NCBI GenBank assembly: GCA_963823665.1
Contig: CAWGMQ010000004.1
Coordinates: forward strand, 800,001 to 864,000
Source: an uncultured Planctomycetota bacterium
GTDB lineage: Bacteria; Planctomycetota; Planctomycetia; Isosphaerales; Isosphaeraceae
DNA length: 64,000 bases
Reading direction: 5' to 3'
Shown: positions 1-8,968 of the stretch, piece by piece
How positions within the stretch are numbered: the stretch's first letter is position 1
How the letters are laid out: every line of letters begins with the position of its first letter
Notes under the pieces: model-generated
The model's database searches: none
What the model was told of the DNA's origin: nothing
Seen by the model: the letters and a program-made list of their open reading frames with translations, nothing else
Translations under genes and position numbers: made by a program

Positions 1-349
1 TTACGCCTGGTTCGTCACGGCACCGGGATCAAGCGCCCTCGCCCTTTGGAGTAAAGGAACCCGGTAATCAAAAAAAAGTGAACATTCTCGGCGCTGCAAC
101 GAATTCCTTGACTCCACGCAGCGGACGCTGCTCGGCACGGTACGAAAATCGCTCGGTCGGTTCGCATTCAATCTGTGGCTTGCCCAAGCCTGCCACGCAC
201 GGGCTGGGGACGGGCCCGCGCTCGGTGAACTTAGCCCACCGGAACGAGCACGACCAACAGTGCGGCGCACATCGCTGCTGCCCATACTGACCGCGGTCAG
301 GACTCCGGGATGACGCCCCCCGCGATGAACTGCCCGCGGCTCGCGGACC

Positions 350-668
350 AGGTACTGCGGGAAACCACGCGGAGCCGGAACCTGGCATCCCGACCGCGAA
401 GCTCGGCCTCGTCGGCGAATTGTGACCCGACGAGTTTGCGACATCCTCTTCGGTGAGAATCGGCAACCCGAACAGCGCGCACAGGGCCACGCACTCCGGC
501 GGCGTGAAATAGCCCGAGATCAGGATCTTTCGAGCCGCCTCACGAAAAGACGAGTCCTTGAGGCTGGCCTCAAACTCCGGGTCAAACTCCTCAAATCTCG
601 CCGAACGCCGGTCTGTTGTTGGACTGCCGGTTCCATCAAGCGCCTTCCAGAAACCGTCGCTCTGATCG
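350..668 (-). pseudogene. Internal fragment of an SBD-HNH-like (PT-DNA-binding type) restriction endonuclease; lacks the N-terminus and the HNH domain
   Basis: Translation 'QSDGFWKAL...EFDPEFEASLKDSSFREAARKILISGYF...' then, after a frameshift, 'ELRGRDARFRLRVV', the linker that normally precedes the HNH domain. Similarity stops abruptly at both ends. Confidence 0.5.
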
Positions 669-1060
669 AATGCTCCGCCCGCGCCTATCTCGGCGAAATC
701 GACGACGCCAATCTGATCAAGCTCCACCGCCATTCCGGAAAAGTCTCCTACCTCACCTACCCCGACTTCGAAACCAACCCCCCACCGCGCCTTGCTCCGC
801 AGCGTCAAACTCCCGCTCCGCACCCGCGAAATCGATTGCCTCGACTACCAGCCCAGCCCCAACCCGCCGATCCTCCACCGCAAGGAATCCGTGCTCGCAC
901 CTTCGCACCCACTCCACGCCAAATTCACCAAGCTGACCCAGCAAGAAGAAAAACACAGCCCCCTCGACGACACCGCCACCATCGGCACCCGAGACGGATG
1001 GCAGGCCCGGCCCAATGCGGCTGGATTCGAGTTGCGCGGGCATCGGCTCGTGCGTGGGTG
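668..1060 (+). pseudogene. 3' fragment of DNA phosphorothioation-associated putative methyltransferase (TIGR04096-like), copy 1
   Basis: 'ARAYLGEIDDANLIKLHRHSGKVSYLTYPDFETNP' plus (frameshift ~785) 'LRSVKL..RTREIDCLDY...NPPILHRKE...GFELRGHRL'. No start codon or N-terminal part. Confidence 0.7.
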
Positions 1061-1223
1061 GCGGATGTGCAAAGGACCAAATCAGCATCAAAGCGGACGT
1101 TTGCCACGGCAGAGCTTGCATACGCGGGCGGCGGGTCATGGTGAGCGTGATCCTCGCCAGCCTGACTGAAGGAGATTCGCCAGAAAAGTTGTAAATGGGG
1201 ACGCGACGCTCACGCCCGACGGG

Positions 1224-1229
1224 TAGAAT
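1224..1229 (+). promoter_or_regulatory. Putative -10 box for a leaderless PIN toxin transcript
   Basis: TAGAAT 8 nt upstream of ATG 1238, with no Shine-Dalgarno between them. Confidence 0.35.
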
Positions 1230-1237
1230 CGAACAGC

Positions 1238-1717
1238 ATGCCTGATCGCGTCTACATCGAGACCACGTTCGTCAGCTACTTGACCGCCCGGCCCAGCCGC
1301 GACGTGGTGTTCGCTGGTCACCAGCAGATCACTCATGAGTGGTGGAATACCCGACGGACGAATTTCGAGCTTTGCGCTTCCCAGCTCGTGTTGGATGAAG
1401 CGGGGGCAGGTGATCCTCAAGCGGCCCAAGAGCGGCTTGAGGTCTTGAATGACATGGCCATACTTGAAATGACGCCCGAAGCATTAGCTTTGGCAAAAGA
1501 GCTGATCCGCGCTGGCGCGGTGCCGGCAAAGGCCGCCGACGATGCGCTGCATATCGCCATCGCGGCCACGAATGGAGTGCACTTCCTCTTGACCTGGAAC
1601 TGCCGCCACCTGGCGAATGCGACAATGCGCCCCTCAATCGAGGCTGTCTGTGTGGCCAGGGGCCTCAAAGCCCCGATCATTTGCACACCCGAAGAACTTT
1701 TGGAGGTCAAGCCGTGA
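1238..1717 (+). CDS. PIN-domain (VapC-like) ribonuclease toxin
   Basis: 'VYIETT' N-terminus and 'DDALHIAIA...LLTWNCRHLANA...PIICTPEEL', typical of PIN proteins; 159 aa. Confidence 0.85.
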   Translation: MPDRVYIETTFVSYLTARPSRDVVFAGHQQITHEWWNTRRTNFELCASQLVLDEAGAGDPQAAQERLEVLNDMAILEMTPEALALAKELIRAGAVPAKAADDALHIAIAATNGVHFLLTWNCRHLANATMRPSIEAVCVARGLKAPIICTPEELLEVKP

Positions 1718-1950
1718 ACGACCCCATCATCGACGAAATTCGCAAGGTCCGAGAGGCCCACGCGTCCCAGTTCAATTACGATTTGGACGCGATCTTCCGC
1801 GACATCAAGGAGCGGGAGAAACAAGGTCGGCGCAACGTCGTCTCTTTTCCTCCGCGCAAGGCAGAGCTGAACCAGGTGCTACGGCCCATCGGAGCCGCGA
1901 TTTCGGCTGCTCAGGATAGGACGCCCCTACAGGGCGCCCCGGCAAGTTAG
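1714..1950 (+). CDS. Small protein coupled to the PIN toxin (putative antitoxin)
   Basis: GTG overlaps the toxin stop (GTGA), GGAGG at 1702; 'NDPIIDEIRKVREAHASQFNYDLDAIFRDIK' is the type of small partner seen after such PIN genes. Confidence 0.7.
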   Translation: MNDPIIDEIRKVREAHASQFNYDLDAIFRDIKEREKQGRRNVVSFPPRKAELNQVLRPIGAAISAAQDRTPLQGAPAS

Positions 1951-1952
1951 GC
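1866..1952 (+). mobile_element. Degenerate integron attC-like site
   Basis: Begins GCTGAAC (R''-like) and ends GTTAGGC (GTTRRRY, R'), 87 bp, with inner arms cggagccgc ... gcgccccg. The L' box appears lost. Confidence 0.4.
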
Positions 1953-2021
1953 CGACGGCGAGGCGGAGGAGAGGAGACGGTGTCCAACGCGGACCAGGCG
2001 AAGCCCGAGCTCAAAGCAGTG

Positions 2022-2100
2022 TGGGTTCCGGGGACACCATACATAACTCAAGACAATAATTGGGTGTCGCGCCCTCGCGCGAAAAAGCTCGGGAAAAGAG
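2022..2100. repeat. Non-coding palindromic element (GACACC...GGTGTC), copy 1
   Basis: 'gggttccggggacaccatacataactcaagacaataattgggtgtc', related to 2855-2950. Confidence 0.45.
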
Positions 2101-2188
2101 AATCATCACAAATGTGAAACCTTTCATCGAAACCCTGCGGGTAAGTCCGGCAAGGCCGGCCGGGCCAGCAGCCGGAGGCGTACGCGCC

Positions 2189-2535
2189 CCAATCTGATCA
2201 AGCTCCACCGCCATTCCGGAAACGTCTCCCACCTCACCTACCCCGACTTCGAAACCAACCCCCACCCCGCTTTGCTCCGCAGCGTCAAGCTCTCGCTCCG
2301 CACCCGCGAGATCGACTGCCTCGAATACCAGGCCAGCGCCAACCCGCCAATTCTTCACCGTAAGGAGTCCTTCCTCGCACCCGATCACCCACTCCACGCG
2401 AAGTTTGTGCGATTGACCGAGCAGGAGCAGAAACACGGCCTCCTCGACGACACCGTCACCCACCAGCACCCGAGACGGCTCGCAGGCCAAGCCAGCCGCG
2501 GCTAGCGTTCAATTGAAAGGCCATCGTCTGTGCAG
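2189..2535 (+). pseudogene. 3' fragment of PT-associated putative methyltransferase, copy 2 (direct repeat of 708-1050)
   Basis: 'ccaatctgatcaagctccaccgccattccggaaa...' identical start at 708 and 2189; 'NLIKLHRHSG...YPDFETNPHPALLRSVKLSLRTREIDCLEY..NPPILHRKE'. Confidence 0.75.
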
Positions 2536-2854
2536 AGAGTCGCACGTTCGGTAGGCCCGGTAAAGCGCGCCCGCGCTGTCGCCGCCCACCGGGGCGCCCA
2601 CCACCTGACCAATCTCATTAGATGCGCTGCCCGATAAGCAGCGAATGTCGTGCACCCCAAGCGTCACCTTCCAAGCCCGAACCCCATCCCGTGTCCTCGC
2701 CCTCGGTCTGTCGACTTGCGCCTTCGCGTGAGCCACCCTTCGCATCCTTGTTCGTCGATCGCATTTTCCAGCCGCCTTCGACCGCATCGGGCCACTCTTA
2801 CCGACAGAGAAACAGGGTCAGTTCCGGTATTGGTCAAACACGTGGTCGATTGCT

Positions 2855-2950
2855 GGGTTCCAGGGACACCAGGATTCCGCCGACACCATCCATGATCCAC
2901 GACAATAATCGGCTATGCTGTCCGCGCGCCAAGAGCAGAGGAAAAGGGGG
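2855..2950. repeat. Non-coding palindromic element, copy 2
   Basis: 'gggttccagggacacc...gacaccatccatgatccacgacaataatcgg...cgcgcg..ggaaaag' aligns with 2022-2100. Confidence 0.4.
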
Positions 2951-3120
2951 CATAGCTAACTAATCACTCCCAGAGCGCACACCAACGGCGGTTCAGCTCC
3001 GTGTTCACCCCAATCCACGCGGGTCAGCCCCTGATTTCAATTCAATTCAAAATCCGGCCAACCACCGCAGCATCCGGAATCAATCAGGCCCCACCCGGTC
3101 CAAGACCAACGCAAGCCCGA

Positions 3121-3765
3121 TTAATTAGCATCGATGCGGAGCTCCGTCCGATTCGGTAGCCGCACGACCATCGCGGTTCCCGACTTGATCAGGTACTCCT
3201 CACCCGGGCTCAAAACACGCCCTTCGGGCGCGATCAGAGTGGTCCCATTGCGCGGTGGTCGAATGCCCCCTCCCCGCCGAGGAACACCGTTGACGAAAAG
3301 AATCCCACGCGAGACCCCCAGGAGCATGAAGTGCGCACGGCTGACGCAGATATCCGTCCCGTAGCCTCCCGAATGAAGGACTGCCTGCCCGGTGCCCGGG
3401 ACGATCGTCGTCGGTCGGTAAGCAGGGTCGAGGTAAGGGGGCAGAAGACCATCGCACCGTCCGACGACAACCGGCGAGTCGGGCATGAGTCGGATTGCGT
3501 ACTCAGTCTGGCTGCGTGCGGTGAGAGCAAGAGAGGACCAAGTGGTGAGGGGGCTCCCTGACAGAACAGAGATCCCGCCAGGTCTCGAACCGTCGTCCTG
3601 GTCGCCTCGAAGGTCTCGCGGTGCTCGTGTCCCGCCCGGTTTCTTCACTACGGCGGGCGGATCGAATGCAGAATCGTACAGCCGTGAGCCAGCCACGGCA
3701 CGCATAATTCTCACACCGAAACACTTCTTTAGCCGGAACACCAGATCGAGCAGGTCAAGTCCCAT
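3121..3765 (-). CDS. FHA-domain protein with an ACP-like N-terminal peptide
   Basis: FHA motifs 'VVVGR', 'VSRAH', 'RNGT'; N-terminus 'MGLDLLDLVFRLKKCFGVRI'. Confidence 0.55.
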   Translation of the reverse strand: MGLDLLDLVFRLKKCFGVRIMRAVAGSRLYDSAFDPPAVVKKPGGTRAPRDLRGDQDDGSRPGGISVLSGSPLTTWSSLALTARSQTEYAIRLMPDSPVVVGRCDGLLPPYLDPAYRPTTIVPGTGQAVLHSGGYGTDICVSRAHFMLLGVSRGILFVNGVPRRGGGIRPPRNGTTLIAPEGRVLSPGEEYLIKSGTAMVVRLPNRTELRIDAN

Positions 3766-4031
3766 GGATCTCCTCCCCCCGCGCCGATCGTCCGCGCCAG
3801 CTATGGATCAACCTACCCGGCGGTCGTCGGTACCTTCGCCGCCGGGCCGGCGCGGCGCGTCCGGCGGGATCGCCCCGCCGCGAGTCGGAGTTGTCCACAT
3901 GAGTCGTCAGCTCCGGGAACGTGGTGCAGTGCGGACCCTGTTCGGCCGCCTTCACCCGATCATAACACGAGACCAAGGCACGAGGCACTACCTCAAGGCA
4001 TTCTCGACATGTCCAATTGCTTTGAAGGGAC

Positions 4032-4059
4032 TTGACATGCAACCAAATGGTTGCATAAT
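4032..4059 (+). promoter_or_regulatory. Sigma70 promoter overlapped by a palindromic ArsR-type operator
   Basis: TTGACA(4032)-N16-CATAAT(4054); inverted repeat ATGCAACCA-aa-TGGTTGCAT at 4037-4056. Confidence 0.8.
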
Positions 4060-4065
4060 GGCGTC

Positions 4066-4395
4066 GTGGACGCAGAGATGGACAGAGTGTTCAAGGCGCT
4101 GGCCGATCCTGGCCGCAGGCGACTGCTGGACCGGCTGCACGCCGAGAACGGGCTGACGCTGAGCGAGCTTTGCGAGCACATGAACATGACGCGGCAGGCG
4201 GTGACCAAGCACTTGAGGTTGCTCGAAGAGGCGAACCTGGTTGCCACCGTCTGGAGGGGCCGCGAGAAGCTGCATTTCATCAACCCGGTACCGATTCTCG
4301 AAATCGCGGATCGCTGGATCGGCAAGTACGAGCGTGGACACCTTCGCGCCCTGGCCGATCTCAAGAAAAACCTCGAGGGGGAAACCAATGGCTAA
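4066..4395 (+). CDS. ArsR/SmtB family transcriptional regulator (start GTG 4066 or ATG 4078)
   Basis: 'VFKALADPGRRRLLDRL...MTRQAVTKHLRLLEEANLV...GREKLH'. Confidence 0.9.
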   Translation: MDAEMDRVFKALADPGRRRLLDRLHAENGLTLSELCEHMNMTRQAVTKHLRLLEEANLVATVWRGREKLHFINPVPILEIADRWIGKYERGHLRALADLKKNLEGETNG

Positions 4396-4849
4396 GTCGC
4401 GATTCGTTTACGTGACGTACATTCGCACGACGCCCGAAAAGCTTTGGCACGCGCTCAAAGACCCCGAATTCACACGCCAGTACTGGAGCGAGACCTGGCA
4501 TGATTGCGACTGGAAGCAGGGTGCCTCCTGGCGGCTCATGTTGCCTGACGGACGGGTTGCCGACAGCGGCGAGGTGCTTGAAATCGTACCGGAGAAGCGA
4601 CTCGTCTTGTCGTGGCGCAACGAATTCAAGCCCGAGCTGCGCGAGGAAGGTCATTCGCGCATGACCTACGAGCTTGAACAGATTGGCGACACCATGAAGC
4701 TGACGGTGACTCACGAGATGGACGGGCCCGAGTCGAAGTTCATCGAAGCGGTATCAAACGGCTGGCCTGCCATCATGGCGAGTCTGAAGAGCCTGCTCGA
4801 AACGGGCGATTCGCTCGAGATGACCAAGCGCTGGCCGAAAGGAATTTGA
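4388..4849 (+). CDS. SRPBCC / AHSA1-like domain protein
   Basis: 'YVTYIRTTPEKLWHAL..PEFTRQYW...GEVLE...KLTVTHE...GWPAIMASLKSLLETG'; overlaps the ArsR stop. Confidence 0.9.
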   Translation: MAKSRFVYVTYIRTTPEKLWHALKDPEFTRQYWSETWHDCDWKQGASWRLMLPDGRVADSGEVLEIVPEKRLVLSWRNEFKPELREEGHSRMTYELEQIGDTMKLTVTHEMDGPESKFIEAVSNGWPAIMASLKSLLETGDSLEMTKRWPKGI

Positions 4850-5391
4850 GTCGGCGCACACGGTACAAGACATGCCGCGAGAGCGGGTGGCCCGCCGGCA
4901 GCAGCGGATGATCGAAGTCATCGGCAGGCGACCGCATCATCCCGATCCGTTCCATGACTCCCCTCGACCGCAGATTCGCCGGCACCGTGAACGACACGAT
5001 TTCTTCCAAAGCGAGCTGCCGGAAGCCGAAGTCGAGTGCAGCGCGAGCGGCCTCGGTGGCATAGCCGTGGCCCCAGTGGTCATACGCGAGCCGCCAGCCG
5101 ATCTCGACGCACGGCGTGAAGGCAGCCTGGAAGTTGGGCATCGTCAGGCCGACGTAACCGACGAACCCGGCGACACCCGAGAACCTCGACAGCCCAGCGG
5201 CCGAAGCCAAGGACGGAGAACTCGCCGCGGATCCGCGCCGCCTGCGCATCGCTCTCGGCGCGATCGAGCACGGACGGGAAGAACTCCATCACCCGGGGGT
5301 CGGCGTTCATCGCGGCGAACGCGGGGAGATCATCGTCGCGCCACTGGCGAAGCTGGAGGCGGGTGGTGTGGATGATCGGATCGGACGTCAT
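4773..5391 (-). CDS. GNAT (RimJ/RimL-like) N-acetyltransferase, frameshift ~5180
   Basis: 'TTRLQLRQWRDDDL..FAAMNADPRVMEFF' plus 'VEIGWRLA...WGHGYATEAA...NLRSRGVMERIGM'. Confidence 0.85.
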
Positions 5392-5482
5392 GACACTCCT
5401 TTCTTGCCGTTCGGGAGGTTAAGCTTTGACAGAGTCGAATTCAACAGCATGACAGGCAGCGAGTGATGCACTTGGATCTGGA

Positions 5483-7139
5483 ATGGGCTTGAATCCGGTG
5501 CCCATGTTCGTGTGCGCGGGAGTGGTCGCAATGGGCCGCTTGCAGGTTCCCTGCGTCTGCGTCTGGTTTCTTCTCTCTGGCATGTTGACCCGTCCTCAGC
5601 CAGCCGGGGCGGCTGGGACAAGGGATGAAGATACTCGCGCCCTTTTTGCCGCGATCCGCGACGGCAATTTGGCGACCGTGGAATCCCTTCTCCAGAATAA
5701 GGAGATAGTAAACGGGAAAGACAAGACCGGAACGACCGCCTTGATGCAAGCCGCTTCAAGCGCAGACGCCGCCATCATTCGCCTTTTGCTGGATAAGGGA
5801 GCAGATCCAAACGCGCGAGTCGAAGTCTCCGCGCCGGCACGCGACGTGTTCACACCAGTCATGGCCGCCGCGATGCGGGGCGACATGGAAACTCTTGAGC
5901 AACTGCTTTCCGCCGGGGGTGACGTTAATCTTCAGGGGGGCGACTTTGGTCGATCCGCGTTGCTCCTGGCCGCAACGACCGGCAGTGAAGAGGTCGTCCG
6001 GCTGATACTGGGCAAGGGTGCTCGCGTGAACGTGAAGGACAACCGTGGCGATACGCCCTGGAACTGGGCTTCCAGGCGTGGCGAGATGAAAGTCGTCGAG
6101 TTGATCGCGAAGGCCGGGGGTGGAGAGCAACCGCGAAAGGACCCCGGCGGCGCCTTGCCTCGCTTGCACGAGAATCCAGGTGCCGGCGGTGTGAAGCAAG
6201 CAGTGTCGAAGAGCTTGCAGCGCTTACAGCGAAGCGGCGAGTCATTCACCAAACGGAAAGGTTGCATCTCGTGCCACCAGCAGTCACTCGTGGCAATGGC
6301 GGTCGGCCTGGCGCAAGCACGGTTTCGAAGTTGATGAGAGCATCGCCAAGCAGGAGCGGTCCGGTGTGCTTCGCGTCCTGGAACGAGGTCGTGAGCGAAT
6401 CCTCGTAGGCACCGGCGTAACCGATGAGCTCGTGCCTGCATACGCCCTCGCAGGACTGGCAGCCGAAGGGCAAGAGCCCAGCGCGATCACCGATGCGCTC
6501 GTCCAGTTCCTCGTCCTGCGCCAACGACAGGATGGCTCTTGGCGCAGTCCCGTGTATCGGCCGCCCCAGGACGCGAGCGAGTTCACGTTCACCGCGCTGG
6601 CCGCGCGGGGATTGGCGGTCTTTGCTGCAAAGGGACGAAGCGAGGAGATCGCCCAGCGGATCACCCGCGCCCGCGAGTGGCTCGTGCATGCTGTGCCTTC
6701 CGAAACGGAAGACAAGGCCTTTCATCTTCTTGGACTTGTGTGGACGAACGCCGACCGCGGGCTGATTCAGAAGTCTGTCGCAGCGCTGGTTCGCGAGCAG
6801 CGAGCCGATGGCGGCTGGGCCCAACTGGCAACGCTGAGAAGCGATGCTTATGCAACCGGCGAGGTGCTTTACTCCCTTCATACGGCAGCCGGGCTCGCCA
6901 CGAGCGATCCAGAATACCGGCGTGGCGTCGAGTTTCTGCTGAGGACACAGCTTGCTGACGGTTCGTGGTACGTCCCCACGCGCAGTTTTCCGCTCCAGCC
7001 ACATGTGGAAACCGATTTTCCTCATGGGCAATCACAGTTCATCTCCATCGCGGCGACAAGCTGGGCCACGATGGCCCTGGCTTTGACACAAGCGGCGCCA
7101 ACGAGCTTCCGCGCCGGGCCGTCCGTTCCGCAATCTTGA
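5483..7139 (+). CDS. Ankyrin-repeat protein with CxxCH and C-terminal prenyltransferase/squalene-cyclase-like repeats, frameshift ~6312
   Basis: Ankyrin motifs ('GTTALMQA', 'LLDKGADPNAR', 'TPVMAAA'), 'CISCH', QW-like motifs 'QRQDGSW', 'QRADGGW', 'QLADGSW'. Confidence 0.8.
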
Positions 7140-7153
7140 AGAGCGATTGCCCC

Positions 7154-7819
7154 ATGGAGCAGACTTCTCGCCACATCCAAGCCTGTTACAACGCGGTCGC
7201 GCGGGAGTACGCAGAGCAATTCGCCGACGAGCTTGCACACAAGCCGCTGGACCAGGAGTTGCTGCGCCGCTTTGCCTCCGAGGTGCTCGATCGCGGGCTA
7301 GTTTACGACCTCGGCTGCGGGCCCGGGCAAACGACCGCGTTCTTGCACGACTGCAGCGCGAGCGTGCGAGGTCTGGATTTTTCGCAAGAGCTGTTGCGCG
7401 AAGCCCGCGGGCGGCATCCCGGCATCGAGTTTGAGGCGGGGGATATGCTGTCGCTGCCGCTTGCTGATTCGTCGCTCGCGGGAGTGATCGCTTTCTACTC
7501 GATTGTCCATTTTTCGCCGGGCGAGCTTCGCCGCGCCCTCGAAGAGATGTACCGAGTGCTCTGTCTCCGGGGGCGGCTGCTGCTGGCGTTCCACATTGGC
7601 GACGGTTCCGTTCATGTCGAAGAGTTTCTCGGCCACGCGGTTTCCTTGGACTTCGTCTTCTTCGACCCGGCGTTCATCACCGACGAGCTCTCCCGGGCGG
7701 GCTTTGCGGAGGTCGAATTGATCGAGCGTGATCCTTATCCCGAAGTGGAATACCCGAGCCGCCGGGCGTATCTGTTTGCGCAAATCCGACCGTGGCGTGG
7801 AGTGATCGAGCGAGACTAG
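7154..7819 (+). CDS. Class I SAM-dependent methyltransferase
   Basis: 'VYDLGCGPG', 'GLDFS', 'AGDMLSLP'. Confidence 0.9.
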   Translation: MEQTSRHIQACYNAVAREYAEQFADELAHKPLDQELLRRFASEVLDRGLVYDLGCGPGQTTAFLHDCSASVRGLDFSQELLREARGRHPGIEFEAGDMLSLPLADSSLAGVIAFYSIVHFSPGELRRALEEMYRVLCLRGRLLLAFHIGDGSVHVEEFLGHAVSLDFVFFDPAFITDELSRAGFAEVELIERDPYPEVEYPSRRAYLFAQIRPWRGVIERD

Positions 7820-7824
7820 CCCTC

Positions 7825-8799
7825 ATGCGATTCCTGATTCTCGGCGGCACGCGGTTTATTGGTCCGGCTGTCGTGCGGCTCGCGGCGGACCAGGGGCACA
7901 CGGTCGCCGTCTTTCACCGCGGTGATAGCGAGGCCGATTTGCCCTCGTCCGTCGTCCGGCTTCTGGGTGATCGCAAGTGCCTGGCCAGTTTCCGAACCGG
8001 GTTTACTCGATTCGCTCCCGATGTCGTGATTGACACGTTCGCGATGACGGAACGGGACGGCCAGGACGTCATGCAGGTCTTCGCCGGTGTGGCCAGACGC
8101 GTCGTCGTGCTGAGCAGCATGGACGTGTACCGGGCGTACGATCGGTTTCGCGGAGTTGACCCAGGCGAGCCGGAACTCGAGCCACTGACCGAGGACGCTC
8201 TGTTGCGCGAGAGGTTGTTTCCGTACCGCACTCAGGCAAAAAATGAAAACGATCTGCTGTACCATTACGAGAAAATCCTCGTGGAACGGGCGGTTCTCGG
8301 TCAGGCGGGCTTGCCGGGGACAGTGCTGCGGTTGCCCTGCGTATACGGGCCGGGCGACTACCAGCATCGAACATTCGAGTATCTGATGCAGATGGACGAT
8401 GGCTGCTCGTCAATCCTGCTCGGCAGGCTTCGGGCAGCCTGGCGGTGGACTCGGGGCTACGTGGAGGACGTGGCGGCGGCGGTGGTGCTCGCGGCAACGG
8501 ATGAACGGGCCGCGGCGCAAATATTCAACGTCGGCGAGCCGGAAAGCCTTTCGGAGGCGGAATGGGTGCGACGGATTGGCGACGCGGCGGAGTGGACGGG
8601 CGACGTGGTGGTCGTACCTGACGACCAACTTCCGCAAGGCCCGCGGGCGAAGTTCGACTGGCGGCACTTCATCGTCGGTGACACGAGCAAGATCCGGCGC
8701 GTGCTCGGGTACCATGAGCGCGTGGCCGCTCAGGAGGCGATGGCGCGGACCGTGGCGTGGGAACGGAGACACCCACCTGATCCGATCGACTCGAAGTGA
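7825..8799 (+). CDS. NAD-dependent epimerase/dehydratase family protein
   Basis: 'LILGGTRFIG', 'LSSMDVY', 'YEKILVE', 'RLPCVYGPGD'. Confidence 0.85.
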   Translation: MRFLILGGTRFIGPAVVRLAADQGHTVAVFHRGDSEADLPSSVVRLLGDRKCLASFRTGFTRFAPDVVIDTFAMTERDGQDVMQVFAGVARRVVVLSSMDVYRAYDRFRGVDPGEPELEPLTEDALLRERLFPYRTQAKNENDLLYHYEKILVERAVLGQAGLPGTVLRLPCVYGPGDYQHRTFEYLMQMDDGCSSILLGRLRAAWRWTRGYVEDVAAAVVLAATDERAAAQIFNVGEPESLSEAEWVRRIGDAAEWTGDVVVVPDDQLPQGPRAKFDWRHFIVGDTSKIRRVLGYHERVAAQEAMARTVAWERRHPPDPIDSK

Positions 8800-8886
8800 T
8801 TCAACTTCGTTGCTGAGGATGCGGTTGTTTGGCGCGGCGGCGCGAGCTGAGGGCAGTCGTGCGTTTTCGCGCGGCTGAAAGGCGGG

Positions 8887-8940
8887 CGGCACACGGAGTG
8901 TGCGTGCTACAGATTCCCTTCGCGGAGCGAAGGGTGACAC
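8887..8940. repeat. Two adjacent REP-like hairpins between convergent genes
   Basis: gcacac-gga-gtgtgc followed by tgctac (GTAG on the minus strand); cccttcgc-gga-gcgaaggg. Confidence 0.6.
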
Positions 8941-8968
8941 TGGGGAAGCGTTCCGGCTCGTACGGTGG

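Noticed and set aside
95..240. Additional attC-like site
   Set aside because: Only a vague right-half resemblance; no matching core boxes
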